In this document: positions 52,745-64,000 of the stretch, one piece after another
Layout of the letters: every line of letters begins with the position of its first letter
Position numbering within the stretch: the first letter of the stretch is position 1
NCBI GenBank assembly: GCA_964016885.1
Contig: OZ024754.1
Span: forward strand, 39,556,001-39,620,000
Direction of reading: 5' to 3'
Length of the DNA stretch: 64,000 nt
Origin: Eledone cirrhosa
Taxonomy: Eukaryota
Position numbers and translations under genes: made by a program
Notes under the pieces: model-generated
The model's database searches: none
Seen by the model: only the letters and a program-made list of their open reading frames with translations
What the model was told of the DNA's origin: nothing

Positions 52745-53299
52745 TACATTATATATATAATATATATATATATATATACATACATATTATATATATACAT
52801 ACATATTATATATATATATATATACATACATATTATATATATATATACATACATATTATATATATATATACATACATATAATATATATGTATATAATGTG
52901 AGTGTATACATAATAGAGTATCCGAGAAAATGTATCCTATTGTTAAAATTTGTGCAACTAAATAGTAGGTGAATAGAGAAAACTAAAGCAATTCCTTGTT
53001 TAAAAAGGGAAACATTTATTGCATAAAATATAAAGTCGTTAGATAAACAAAGAAATAATTATGTTTATAGGGGTTGACACCTCGTAATGTAAGAAAATAA
53101 TCAAGTGGGGAAAATGGGGAAAAAAATAAAAAAAAATGGGAAAAAAATCTAACCTAATAATATAAGAAACCGTTGTGCGTTTTTATATCATTTATTAAAA
53201 ATACTATTATCTATATTTTATCAATAGTAAAAAGTATATCTTCAATAGATTGCTTTGTAGTGATTGATATTGTTAAATATTCCATTATTTCAAACTGGA

Positions 53300-54330
53300 T
53301 TTTAATGGTTTTTCCACAGCAAAGCAGTGAACAGCGTTAATGCAGTGGACCCCCTCCCCCTCTTCACTGAACATATAGCCTCTTAACAAAGCATAATATT
53401 TTGAAAAATAGGGTCCACCCTCGTACTGTTGATTTTCTGACTGTCAGCGAGATCGGTAAGTGATCGCTTTGCACACTAAATGTTATCATTCAGATGGATA
53501 GTTAAAGAAGACACAAGACGGACCATGTGAAATATACAGGCCAACATATACAAAATGATCGTGAGCGGGTCTTAATATGTCGTCAACGAAGATAGAAGCA
53601 GGAGAGAGAAAATGTATATGCAACTTATTAACGAGTTCGTGATTAACTGAGTTTATTTATTTACATTTTCTTTGTAACTTAGTAACGTAGTCTTTGCAAA
53701 TCGATATAGGCAAGTTAGAAAAAGGAAAAAATATATAATATAATATGAACGAGGTGCATTAGTCTGGTGGCGTGGGTGTAATTTCTGTTGCAATTAGTGT
53801 ATTCTGATGGCAATACTACAGAAATCAATCTAAATTCAGCGGAGATTTTCCAATTTATATTTTTATTCCGACAAAACAACAATAAATGCACGATTTAAAA
53901 AATGCGATGAAAGAAACGTGTTTAGAAAAGAGGAAGAATTTGTTGATAGCTTTAAATCAAACAATAGTAGAGGAAACTACCGAAACAAAACTGAACGTGT
54001 TACTGGTTTTAAAAATGTTAATCAAGAGAACAAAAATACATCTATTTCACTAACCTTTTTCATCTGGGAAACAGACAGCTGCTCACTGTTTTTAGTTGTA
54101 CATTGTTCACTTAAATCGGCTTCCAATGAACTAGAAAACGATGAGTCCTGTATTGGCTCATTAGAGGCCATTGTTGATTTTTAACCACAAAATTACTTCC
54201 CTTGATAGTTGCGTCTATAATTCTTTTAACAAAAAGAAGTGCATAATACTACTTAGAAAAATATACGTTATAAAATAATTTACATGTACGCAAACTACGT
54301 TGCAATACATTCTAGTAATTTTTTCATCTA
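53300..54330 (-). promoter_or_regulatory. CpG-enriched, repeat-poor zone around exon 1; probable promoter/5' region
   Basis: Visibly more CG dinucleotides than the flanking introns, no SINEs, surrounds the predicted start exon; TSS not determinable. Confidence 0.45.
54055..54171 (-). CDS. PHF10: PHF10/SAYP coding exon 1 (MASNEPIQDSSFSSSLEADLSEQCTTKNSEQLSVSQMKK), not in ORF track
   Basis: ATG in ACAATGG context with in-frame TAA 9 nt upstream; 117 nt = 39 codons ending AAG|GTTAGT; phase 0 matches the acceptor at 41718; lies in a locally CpG-richer zone. Confidence 0.75.
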
Positions 54331-55939
54331 CTTTTCATGAAAAGTATTTGTAAAAGAAAACGATATGGATATAACAAAGTAGAAAATGAAGGTGATGGGA
54401 GAAAATATTATAGTGCCATCTATAGGAGAAAAGTAACATCACAAAGGGGAGAGAAGAGATGTTAAACCAAATGACTAATCGACTAAATTTGATTAAAAAT
54501 AATTTTCCGACATTAATTAGTGATCATTATTCCATCCATGATTCAACTTCCATATGTACAATGAATCATAGCAGTCCAATTTTTAACAGTTATTTCTCAC
54601 GTGCGAGAGGAGGATTTCTTATTTCAAATAAAGGCTTTAAAATATTACTACAAAGAAATTTATAAATTTCCACTAATATAAATATACACAATTTTATTTG
54701 CTTGTATGTTTGTCCATGTTTTTATAAAAAAATAAAGACATTGATTAATCAATATTGAAAACAATAATGATAATAATATTAAAAATATAATTCACGGTCT
54801 TATAATTTACACATTCACACGCATGTGTTCATGCTAATTTCATTTGCTCTCTGAAGAAGACGCGACAATATGAAATTTCTTACATAACTAAAATAAATAT
54901 AAAATACTTCTGGGCTTGTTTAGCTATTAATAATATTATTAAATTCTTTACATAAAAGCATACTTTGTCAAGATGTAATTCATAAATACTAATACAACCT
55001 ATTTTGTGTTACAGATTTTATTTTGTTTAAAAGACAAAATATAGCGATTAATGCTTAGTAAGATTAAACGAAACAATAGAATTTGTTATGCATAAAAAAA
55101 ATAGGGAGATGCACATATGTTAAACACAAGTTTATTAATCTGTAAAAACTATGGAGAAATGAATTTTTCCGCAAGTATTTTAGTTTAAGCAACGATTGTA
55201 AACGAGGCAGCGGAAATCTCGAACCCAAAGTATTAAGCTTGAAGGGAATTCAATTAAATACATTTACATCGCATGGAATGAGAGAAATTTATTAATTTTT
55301 TTCTTCTGTATTTATATAAAACGAATCAAGGATATAACATACACTTAGGGACAGAAGTTTTTAAATATTCCTTTACAACTTGTGTCGTAAAAATAAATAT
55401 TTTCAACTAATTTTAAACGTATTTCCCCTTTACTTATTAACACCTGTTATCATCTTTATCAGAGCTCCTTTTCGCCTGTTTTATAATAAATTCCAAACCT
55501 AACAAGCTTTCTGATTAATTTACTTTTGATGATAATAATGCGTGCGTACGTTGTTTGTTTATGTTGGTGCGTGCTTACGTTCCCTCCTATGTGTTGCTAG
55601 ATCCTTATGGTTTCTAGTCTCTATGGAAGAACTTATGTAAATAACTAAACGTAAAAAAAAAATCTTTATTTATCGGGGGACAAAATGTGGTGATGAAATA
55701 TAAAGATTGCTACAAATTCCTAACTTTTCGTAAACAAATCAATAAAGTTGATTGCTGTTAGTCCCAGTGAATAATATAAAGGCTGTTAATGTTTAAAACA
55801 TGATTCATATAATAAATATAACTATGCAGATATATACAATACTTTAAAGTTAAGACGAAAAAAAATGGGCGGGGGAAATACACACCCCAAGGGGTGCTGG
55901 GGGTTCCATCTAATAATTTTTGAGGCAAGCTAACACACT

Positions 55940-56640
55940 TGCAAGGATAACGAAGTACACTCATGGACATCACCTGATACATTAGTAAGTTGCAGACGAT
56001 GACAAGGACTTCTTTGTCAATGGCCCAGCTTTCCCAAGCGTCTCAAATGCCACAGCCTAGAAAAAATAGTTTGTCAGTAATTCCAGGTAGTTCATAATTT
56101 TATTCTGTTTGGCATTGGTGGTAGTGACCCTCACCTATACCACAGCATCCAGGATGTGTGTGTGTGTGGGGGGGGGGGGGCAAAAGAGTCACTATCTGTT
56201 GTGTCCCAAGTGAGACATCTATCTCTTACCCAGGGGTAAAGGGTAAGACCATCTGGCCTCTTTCTATCAACTCTGGACAATCCAGCTGGCTCTAGTATTG
56301 AGGAAATATTGACTCAAGTCAGGGCCTGCTTCATAATTAGGTTTAGCCTGGTTTGGTGAAATGTTGGGGTTGAAGGCCATTAATTTCAGGGCCAATGTAG
56401 ACAAGACAGAATAAGATTACCTTTCTGGGATTATCTGAGGTAAAATCTGACCTTAAATAATCTGGGGGTTTGAGTCAATTTAGACAATCTTCTGAAGAGG
56501 GAAATAGATTTCTCCTTCTCAATCTATTATGGGACTTTGTATTACATTTGGTAAGGGTGGACAGAGAAGAAAGGAGGCAGAGGAGCTCTTTGATATTAAA
56601 TTCACTGACAGCTTTTTTGAGGTTTGAGCATCAACTGGTA
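55940..56640 (-). mobile_element. Decayed CRE-like non-LTR fragment (RLE domain)
   Basis: Hand translation ILEPAGLSRVDRKRPDGLTLYPW...CLTWDTTDSDSF...AVAFETLGKAGP with stops and frameshifts; interrupted by a (GT)n/G run. Confidence 0.75.
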
Positions 56641-56887
56641 TTTGAAACTACATTGATAATATTGGCTCTTGAGTTGGGGTAGTTCAAACAACTTGATCTG
56701 TTATTTCAAGGTGACAGTTCAAACCATAGTGATAGCATAGGTCACCTGACTTAAGGTAAAAAATATTTAGTGTGGCTTCACTTGTAAATATAGTCATAAA
56801 TGTATTGCTCCTATCATTTTGTTGGGGAGCAGATGTTATAATTTTCCCACAAAAATATCTATGCATGCCAATCATTATTATGACATC

Positions 56888-57540
56888 AGGGCGGTGGATT
56901 GGCAGTATCGGTAGAGAGTCGGACGCCATGCTTTCCAGCATAGTTACGTCCCTTTACGATCTGAGTTCAAATCCCGCCGAGGTTGACTTTGCCTTTCATC
57001 CTTACGGGGTCGATAAAATAAAGTACCAGTAATGCACTGGGTAATTACTGGCCTTGTGCCTAAAGTAGAAACAATTATTATGACATCTTTATGGTGGTGG
57101 ATTGGCAGTATCGGTAGAGGGTTGGATGCCATGCTTTAATGCATAGAGCTACGGCTCTTGCAATTCTGAGTTCAAATCCCGCCGAGGTTAATTTTGCCTT
57201 TCATCCTTACGGGGTTGATAAAATAAAGTATCAGTAATGCACTGGGTAATTGCTGGCCTTGTGCCAAACGTAGAAACAATTATTATGACATCTTTATTCA
57301 TTATTGTATTGTACATACTTTATTATGTTTTATGGATTGGCAGAATCAGTAGATTGTCAGACAAAAATTCTTTGCAGTATTTAGTTATGGTCTTTTATGT
57401 TCTGAGTTCAAATCCCGCTGAAGCTAGCTTTGCCTTTCATCCTTATAGGGTCAATAAAATAAAGTACCAGTTACGCACAAGGATCAATTTAGTTGACTTT
57501 GCCCTTCTCTTTAAATTGCTGGGCTTGTATCAAATGTAAA
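56888..57540 (+). mobile_element. Three adjacent SINE family A copies
   Basis: Copies at ~56888-57075, 57091-57280 and 57330-57540. Confidence 0.9.
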
Positions 57541-58032
57541 TATACAATATTTTTTTTTTAATTTAAGAATTTTGCAACAATTTTTTGGGGTGGAGGAAGC
57601 ACCCCAATCCCCCCTAACCCAGCAATATGTCAATGACTATAGTGATAGTATTGGTCACCTGACTTATTTGGGGTGGATTCAAACAGCGAGAATTGCTATT
57701 TCAGGGAAGAAGTGAGCAAACCAGTTTTTTACATTGAGTACATGAAGAGTACCAAGTAAGAATAAAAACTGTGTTTGCCATGCAGCAATGTTATTAGATA
57801 TACATTGTTTAATAATTAAGACAATGTGTGGGTAAAACTATTCTGAGCTTCCTTTGGAATATGGCCAAGGAGCTTTGACATGTCGGTCACCAGAACAAGG
57901 TTCTACTCTGCAATATATGTCTGAGGTGATGCTACATAATATCATCATAATGATTAACCCTTTAGCATTCACATTACTCTATATTTACTATTGTATTTAT
58001 ATCTATACATATAAATATCATCATTCATTTCA

Positions 58033-58363
58033 TCATTTCATTTTACGTCCGCTTCTTCCCTGCTTGCAAGGGTGGGACGGGAACTGATTCTGGCTCGATT
58101 TCTACAGCTAGATGCCCTTCCTAACACCAACCTCATTTACAGTGAGTGCTGGGTGTTTTTTTGCCGTGACACCTCCACGACCACTTTGCAGTGGGATGAT
58201 ATAGACCCCAGTCCCTATCATCTCATTTCTACAGCTGAGTAAACTGGAGCAATGTGAAATAAAGTGTCTTGTGCAAGGAAACAACACATCACCCGGTCTG
58301 AGAATTGAACTCACAACCTTTCGATTACAAGGCCAATGCTCTAACCACTAAGCCATGTGCCTC
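58033..58363 (-). mobile_element. tRNA/CORE-like SINE family B, full length; near-identical copies 416-748 and 44775-45190 (split)
   Basis: Head GGAGGCACATGGCTTAGTGGTTAGAGC...GAGTTCAATTC, CORE-like CAAGACACTTTATTTCACATTGCTCCAGTTTACTCAGCTGTAGAAATG, tail GCGGACGTAAAATGAAATG. Confidence 0.88.
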
Positions 58364-58364
58364 C

Positions 58365-58412
58365 ATATATACATATAAATATATATATATATACATATAA
58401 ATACATATATAC

Positions 58413-58443
<31 letters not shown>

Positions 58444-58444
58444 T

Positions 58445-58477
<33 letters not shown>

Positions 58478-58502
58478 TATATATATACATATATATATAT
58501 AC

Positions 58503-58533
<31 letters not shown>

Positions 58534-58675
58534 CATATATACATATAAATATATACATATATATATATACATATAAATATATACATATAAATATATACAT
58601 ATAAATATATACATATAAATATATACATATATATATATATATAAATATATAAATATATACATATAAATATATACA

Positions 58676-58765
<90 letters not shown>
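58365..58765. repeat. Compound (TA)n/TACA/TAAA microsatellite; similar tracts at 44933-45001, 45842-45923, 52630-52895
   Basis: Direct reading. Confidence 0.98.
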
Positions 58766-58767
<2 letters not shown>

Positions 58768-58768
<1 letters not shown>

Positions 58769-58989
58769 TAGTTATGAAATAAACAACATAAGACGATTAT
58801 TCCATTTATCAAAGGTTTCACGAAGACAGACGAGCTTGGCAGACGTCTGAAATCACTCATGAGCGAGTTCAGACATCTGTATTGTTTATTACATTGGTAA
58901 ATGGAATAATTGTCTTATGTTGTTTATTACATAACAAAATAGCTCTGTAGCTTACATAGAGCACTCTCCTTTCCTTTACCCTTCCTACG

Positions 58990-58995
<6 letters not shown>
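58768..58995. repeat. Nested fold-back element between TA microsatellites
   Basis: Outer arms gttatgaaataaacaacataagacgattattccatttatcaa and its complement at ~58895-58936; inner palindrome centred on ctcatgag. Confidence 0.75.
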
Positions 58996-59017
<22 letters not shown>

Positions 59018-59020
<3 letters not shown>

Positions 59021-59219
59021 GGTACGAGTAGGACCCCGACGGCTGAGCTCAAGCCGTTTCGACGGCTAATTCTGGACTAATGCGCCCAGAATTAGCCGTC
59101 GAAACGGCTTGAGCTCAGCCATCAGGGTCCTACTCGTTCCTATTACCCACTCTACTACTCTAAGTATTGAGTACTTTGGTGCGTTATGGTCCACTTGGTT
59201 CCTTACCACATTTCCTTCG

Positions 59220-59220
<1 letters not shown>
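59018..59220. mobile_element. Hairpin-plus-tail element in (TA)n
   Basis: ~57-bp arms spanning 59018-59143 with a 10-nt loop, then a ~75-nt tail shared with the 45236 copy. Confidence 0.8.
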
Positions 59221-59266
<46 letters not shown>

Positions 59267-59587
59267 CACTTTTTCAACACACCTACACCCATGCACTTAT
59301 TAAAGGAAGAGAAAAGAAACCCCACCACACCACAGACATGTTAAATCCCTATATATAGAACAACACACCACATACACATCAGTTTGACATGCGCACCTCA
59401 GCGTGAAAGGTCTTTCTAAAAACGAAACAATACCTCCTATGTTAACCAAGAACTCCTAAGACCTAACCAACAACCAACAACTTAATTTATAAAATAATTT
59501 TTTTAAGAAAAATTCTTTTTGGATTTTGTGAAGAAAATAAATTTGTTGAAAGCACAAGTGAAGCCATTTTTTCTTCCCCCCCCCCCT

Positions 59588-59615
<28 letters not shown>

Positions 59616-59622
<7 letters not shown>

Positions 59623-59737
59623 TTAAAACAATGAAATAAAAAATCAAGTCATTAGAGATACACTTCACTTGAAGTATATCTCTAATGAAGTATATTTCTA
59701 ATGACTTGATTTTTTATTTCATTGTTTTAACTTATAT
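59616..59737. repeat. ~120-bp palindrome next to (TA)n
   Basis: taagttaaaacaatgaaataaaaaatcaagtcattaga...tctaatgacttgattttttatttcattgttttaactta. Confidence 0.85.
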
Positions 59738-59864
59738 CATGACTCTGTTTTCCTTTTAATGTTTTATTGTTTTCCGGGATTTATCTTAACCTACAACATT
59801 TTCAACATATGGATTACATTGAGTTCTTCATGCAGAATAGACCCCACAACTTACTGTGGATACC

Positions 59865-59899
<35 letters not shown>

Positions 59900-60067
59900 C
59901 CCGTCGAAATGGTAAGAGCTCAGCTGTTGGGCACCAACTCTTTACAACACATACATTTTACTTTCCCAAGTATCGAGTACTTAGCTGAACAATGGTCTTA
60001 CTAGTCTAAACTGGTAACTTTCAATCTCTCTCTCTCTCTCTCTCTCTCTCCATATATATATAAAAGA

Positions 60068-60374
60068 GTAAAGACTCCCTTCAGTCACGAATGACCATGG
60101 TTCCCCTTCTGAGGCACAAGTCCAGGCAAGGTTGTTTGTGAAAGACCAGTAGTCGCCCATGTATACCAGTCTCCCCTCTCCACGCTACTGATGTTGTCCA
60201 AGGGAAAGGTAATGGCTGATACAGCTTGGCACCAGTGACATAGCAACTCATTTCTACAGCTGAGTGAACTGGAGCAACGTAAAATAAAGCGGCTAGCTCA
60301 AGAACACAATGCAAAGCCCGGTCCGAGAATCGAACTCACAACCTCACGATTGTTAGCCTGATACTCTAACCACT
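60068..60374 (-). mobile_element. tRNA/CORE-like SINE family D (head related to B, different body and tail); copies ~11965-12450, 20275-20565, 29435-29770
   Basis: Shared body gaagaccagcagtcgcccatgcataccagtctcccctctccacg...caagggaaagg. Confidence 0.85.
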
Positions 60375-61077
60375 ATAACAATATATATATAGAGAGAGAG
60401 GGGGGGGGAAGAAGTAAGAGGTGTTAACAGAAGTAATAGAAACATATATAATTATATACATAATTTAAAAAAAAAGATTTAAAAAAAAAACTTATCAAGT
60501 ATGGTTTGACTTGTGACTCTTTCTAGTAAGCACTGATTGTGTTTTAAGTTTTGTATTGGAGGTAGGCCTGGACTGGCCCAAGTGAGAAGGCAGACAGAAA
60601 CACATGGAGCAGGATGCTATTTAGGGATTAATTGTGTCCTGCATAATCAAAAGCTAGTTGATGATGATGATGATGATGATGACTTTGCTATTAATATAGT
60701 TCCTCCAATTAATCTGCATGTTTTTCTAGCAAACTCTTTATTAACAAATTTTTTTTCTACATATTTTTCTCTATTGTTTAGAGTAAAGTGGTATGTTACA
60801 ATGTCTGTTTGTTACAAATGAATGTTAAGCCAGTGAGATAATGTGTTGTGTGGTACGTGTATATCAAATGTAACAGCTGCTTATGATGTTTACAAGTTTC
60901 TATGTCTGTATGTTGATGGACATAGAAACTTTACTGTTCCAAACAAAAACAAAAGAAAACAAGTAAAAATGAAACATCTTTAATAATAATTTTAAAAACT
61001 GGTACACTGCCATTTTTTTTTAACATGTGTTTAAAAGAAAGGTGAGCCACTTCAAGTATATATATATATATATATAT

Positions 61078-61372
61078 ATAATAAAATAGAAAAAAACAGT
61101 AGAAAATGCTAAAGAGATCTTCTCTCAGAATAACATCAAAACATTTATTTACAAAACAGGAATTTCCGCATTTAATTGAACCAGTCTCAGCCTATATGCT
61201 TTTTCAACGACGGAAATGATATACACTTCCGTCGTTGAAAAAGCGTACAGGCTGAAACCGGTACAATTAAATGCGGAAATTCCTATTTTGTAAATAAATG
61301 TTTTGATGTTATTCTGAGAGAAGATTTCTTTAGCATTTTCTACTGTTTTTTTTTTCTTTTTTACTATTTATA
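61078..61372. mobile_element. ~290-bp fold-back element containing a U3-A8 variant hammerhead
   Basis: Arms ~61078-61217 and ~61226-61372 are near-perfect reverse complements; (TA)n to the left. Confidence 0.8.
61232..61267 (+). ncRNA. Hammerhead motif, U3-A8 covariant core
   Basis: UUGAAAA-AGC(GUACAG)GCU-GAAAC-CG-GUA; palindromic helix III ACCGGU; stem I weak. Confidence 0.55.
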
Positions 61373-61807
61373 TATTTCAACTCGTGTGTCACTTCTCTAC
61401 ATTGCATATATATATATTAATAAAAGATTGGAGGCCATATTCAGTTGATTCAGGTTTATTTAAAATTTTGTTATACATATTTCAGTGAGGTCTATCTAAG
61501 AGATTAAAAAAATAAATACTGGGATCGATATGATTGACTAAATCCCTTCAAGACAGCGCCCTAGCTGGGCCACAGCCTAATGAATGAAAGAAGTTAAGAA
61601 TATATTCTTCATATGACTAAATTGCCATAGAATAATTTTGAGGTTATAATCCTCAGAGAAAAAATATAAATGTACCAATTTAAGGAATGTTATTTCAACC
61701 TAGCTGAGTTTTATTCAGATTCAGTGAAGTCAGAAACACATTTCCTCTCAGGGAAGATGGATTATATATCAGCAGTCAATATCCAGAATATATCAAGATG
61801 CTAGTGT

Positions 61808-62175
61808 TTCTTCTTCTTCTTCCTCACCCACTTATTCGTGAGAGGGTCATGGGGGAAGAATCCTTAAACACTCCTTCCAGCACGTTCTGTCAGAAGCAAT
61901 TGTCTCCAAATGATCCAGCTGGATCCCCAAGCGAGACCAGCCATGTTATTCAGCCATCTTGCTCAGAGTCTACTGCCAGTTGGTTTTTGCCAATAAAAAT
62001 CTGTCCAGCGATTCTTTCCTGAGAAATTCTAACCACATGCACATAGTATCGGAGCTGTAATCTCTAAATTCAGAAAAGTGGCAGTTCTACCTGGAGTGAC
62101 TTTCTGATCTCTGGACTATGCACTCTATTGAGTAACCCCATTTCGGCCGCTTGTATTCGTGATTGTGTTTTTTTG
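61808..62175 (-). mobile_element. Same RTE family, truncated copy with (GAA)n tail
   Basis: SRIQAAEM...EIRKSLQVELPL. Confidence 0.85.
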
Positions 62176-62520
62176 CTAATATATTCTGATGCTAGTGCAA
62201 ATGTGTTAATTGGCATTTGAGAAATTTTAGATACTACACCAAAATATATATTAAACCCTTTGATACAAACCCATCCAAAAACCAAATCTGGTTCTATGGA
62301 AAAAAAACAAAACATTCTAAAGGTTTCCTATTTACATTTAAATCTTCTAACCTAATTTTATATAAGAAACTTTTGTTAAGTTATGCTACAAATACCTCCT
62401 TAATAATGAAATAGTTAATAAGGTAAGTAAATCCTTTCAAATTATTCATTAATTAATTAAAATATTAAAATATAGTGTATTTCATGAGAAATATGGTCAT
62501 ACAAGGGTTTACAAAAGACT

Positions 62521-63059
62521 GGTTGGTGGTGTTAAACCAGATGACAGATTAAGTCTACCACCCAAGGACCAGATTGTGATGTTAAACTGGGTGACAGATT
62601 AAGTCTACCACCCAAGGACCAGATTGTGATGTTAAACTGGGTGACAGATTAAGTCTACCACCCAAGGACCAGATTGTGATGTTAAACTGGGTGACAGATT
62701 AAGTCTACCACCCAAGGACCAGATTGTGATGTTAAACTGGGTGACAGATTAAGTCTACCACCCAAGGACCAGGTGATGGTGTTAAACCTGGTGACAGATT
62801 AAGTCTACCACCCAAGGACCAGATTGTGATGTTAAACTGGGTGACAGATTAAGTCTACCACCCAAGGACCAGACTGTGATGTTAAACTGGGTGACAGATT
62901 AAGTCTACCACCCAAGGACCAGATTCTGATGTTAAACTGGGTGACAGATTAAGTCTACCACCCAAGGACCAGGTGATGGTGTTAAACCTGGTGACAGATT
63001 AAGTTTACCACCCAAGGACCAGGTGATGGTGTTAAACCTGGTGACAGATTACATCTACC
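62521..63059. repeat. 50-bp minisatellite, ~10.5 copies, two unit variants
   Basis: gtgacagattaagtctaccacccaaggaccagattgtgatgttaaactgg at exact 50-nt period. Confidence 0.98.
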
Positions 63060-63160
63060 TGTGGATATTGAAAAATTCCATCGATAAGATCAATTTTTTG
63101 AAATTTTGTTTTTTATTGATGTTGACAGAAATGGAAATCAGATCATTGTTGTTGGCATAT

Positions 63161-63426
63161 TTAGCCTAGTGTCCCCGCAGCCCTACAGGAAAACCTAAAG
63201 TCATATCATTAGCCTAGTGTCCCCGCAGCCCTACAGGAAGACTTAAAGTCATATCATTAGCCTAGTGTCCCCGCAGCCCTACAAGAAGACCTAAAGTCAT
63301 ATCCTTAGCCTAGTGTCCCCGCAGCCCTACAAGAAGACCTAAAGTCATATCATTAGCCTAGTGTCCCAGCAGCCCTACAGGAAGACCTAAAGTCATATCA
63401 TTAGCCTAGTGTCCCTGCAGCCCTAC
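63161..63426. repeat. 48-bp minisatellite, ~5.5 copies
   Basis: ttagcctagtgtccccgcagccctacaggaagacctaaagtcatatca. Confidence 0.98.
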
Positions 63427-64000
63427 CCCCACATGACCAAAAGTCAGTACTGTAAACTAGAGAAACATTTGGCAAATTCACAATGCTGCTGCTGTTTACA
63501 CTGGTGAACCAGTTCACCCAGCGGAGCCTCATTACAGCTATATGGACTATGAGAGCAACAGTTAACCCTTTCCTCACCATATTTCTAATGAAAGACACAC
63601 TACCTATGATTTTCAAACAAAAAATTTGGAGAGATTTAGTAACATAACAAACTTTCTTAATATTAAAATATTTATATTTATCTAGAAACCTTCTAACCTA
63701 ATTTTATGTAAGAACCTTCGTTAAGTTATGCTCTAAACAACAGCTTAATGATGAAAAAGTTAGTTATATTATTATTAAATCCTTTTAAATATTTGATTAT
63801 TAAAAAAAATATTGAAAATCACAGATAGTATAATTCATTAGAAATATGATAATGAAAGGTTAACGAGAGGTTAGTAAACTTAAATTAGTAAAAAAAAAAA
63901 AAAAAAAAAATTAGTATTTTTTAAACTTTAGTAGGGTCAACATCATCTATGCTGTGTGAATATTTAGAGTTCCAATCTCTTTGAAAGACATCTTCAAGTT

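Noticed and set aside
54851-54880. CTGAAGA...GAAA hammerhead-like spacing upstream of exon 1
   Set aside because: The intervening sequence cannot form stem II and there is no helix III or stem I
58325-58738. ORFs of YI/SL/RE/FYFIL/PPP repeats here and at 14208, 16956, 41885, 45735, 52630
   Set aside because: Translations of microsatellites or homopolymer runs
60894-60931. 13-bp hairpin ending ttgatggacatagaaac
   Set aside because: Too short and degenerate to call a ribozyme or element
62521-63426. CRISPR-like appearance of regularly spaced repeats
   Set aside because: Units repeat in full with no unique spacers, no cas genes, eukaryotic context; ordinary minisatellites

Overview
AT-rich, repeat-dense animal genomic DNA. 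A coleoid cephalopod, probably Octopus, is inferred from the SINE, RTE and microsatellite landscape but cannot be proven from sequence alone. The window holds one complete gene on the minus strand: a PHF10/BAF45a (SAYP-type) PBAF subunit. I reconstructed it by hand as 14 phase-consistent GT-AG coding exons from ATG 54171 to TAA 3876 (6489 nt, 2162 aa). It has a SAY domain, a C-terminal double PHD finger, and a 5006-nt exon encoding a Ser-rich region built on a 10-aa period. Introns and flanks contain tRNA-derived SINEs, RTE, CRE and CR1/L2-type LINE fragments, piggyBac, hAT and Tc1-type MITEs, and mini/microsatellites. The most unusual signal is a cluster of short elements, mostly fold-back and mostly embedded in (TA)n, in intron 1 and the 5' flank. 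Several carry minimal hammerhead-ribozyme cores of the type known from Penelope-like retroelements, including a U3-A8 covariant. One family shows arm symmetry regenerated separately in each copy.
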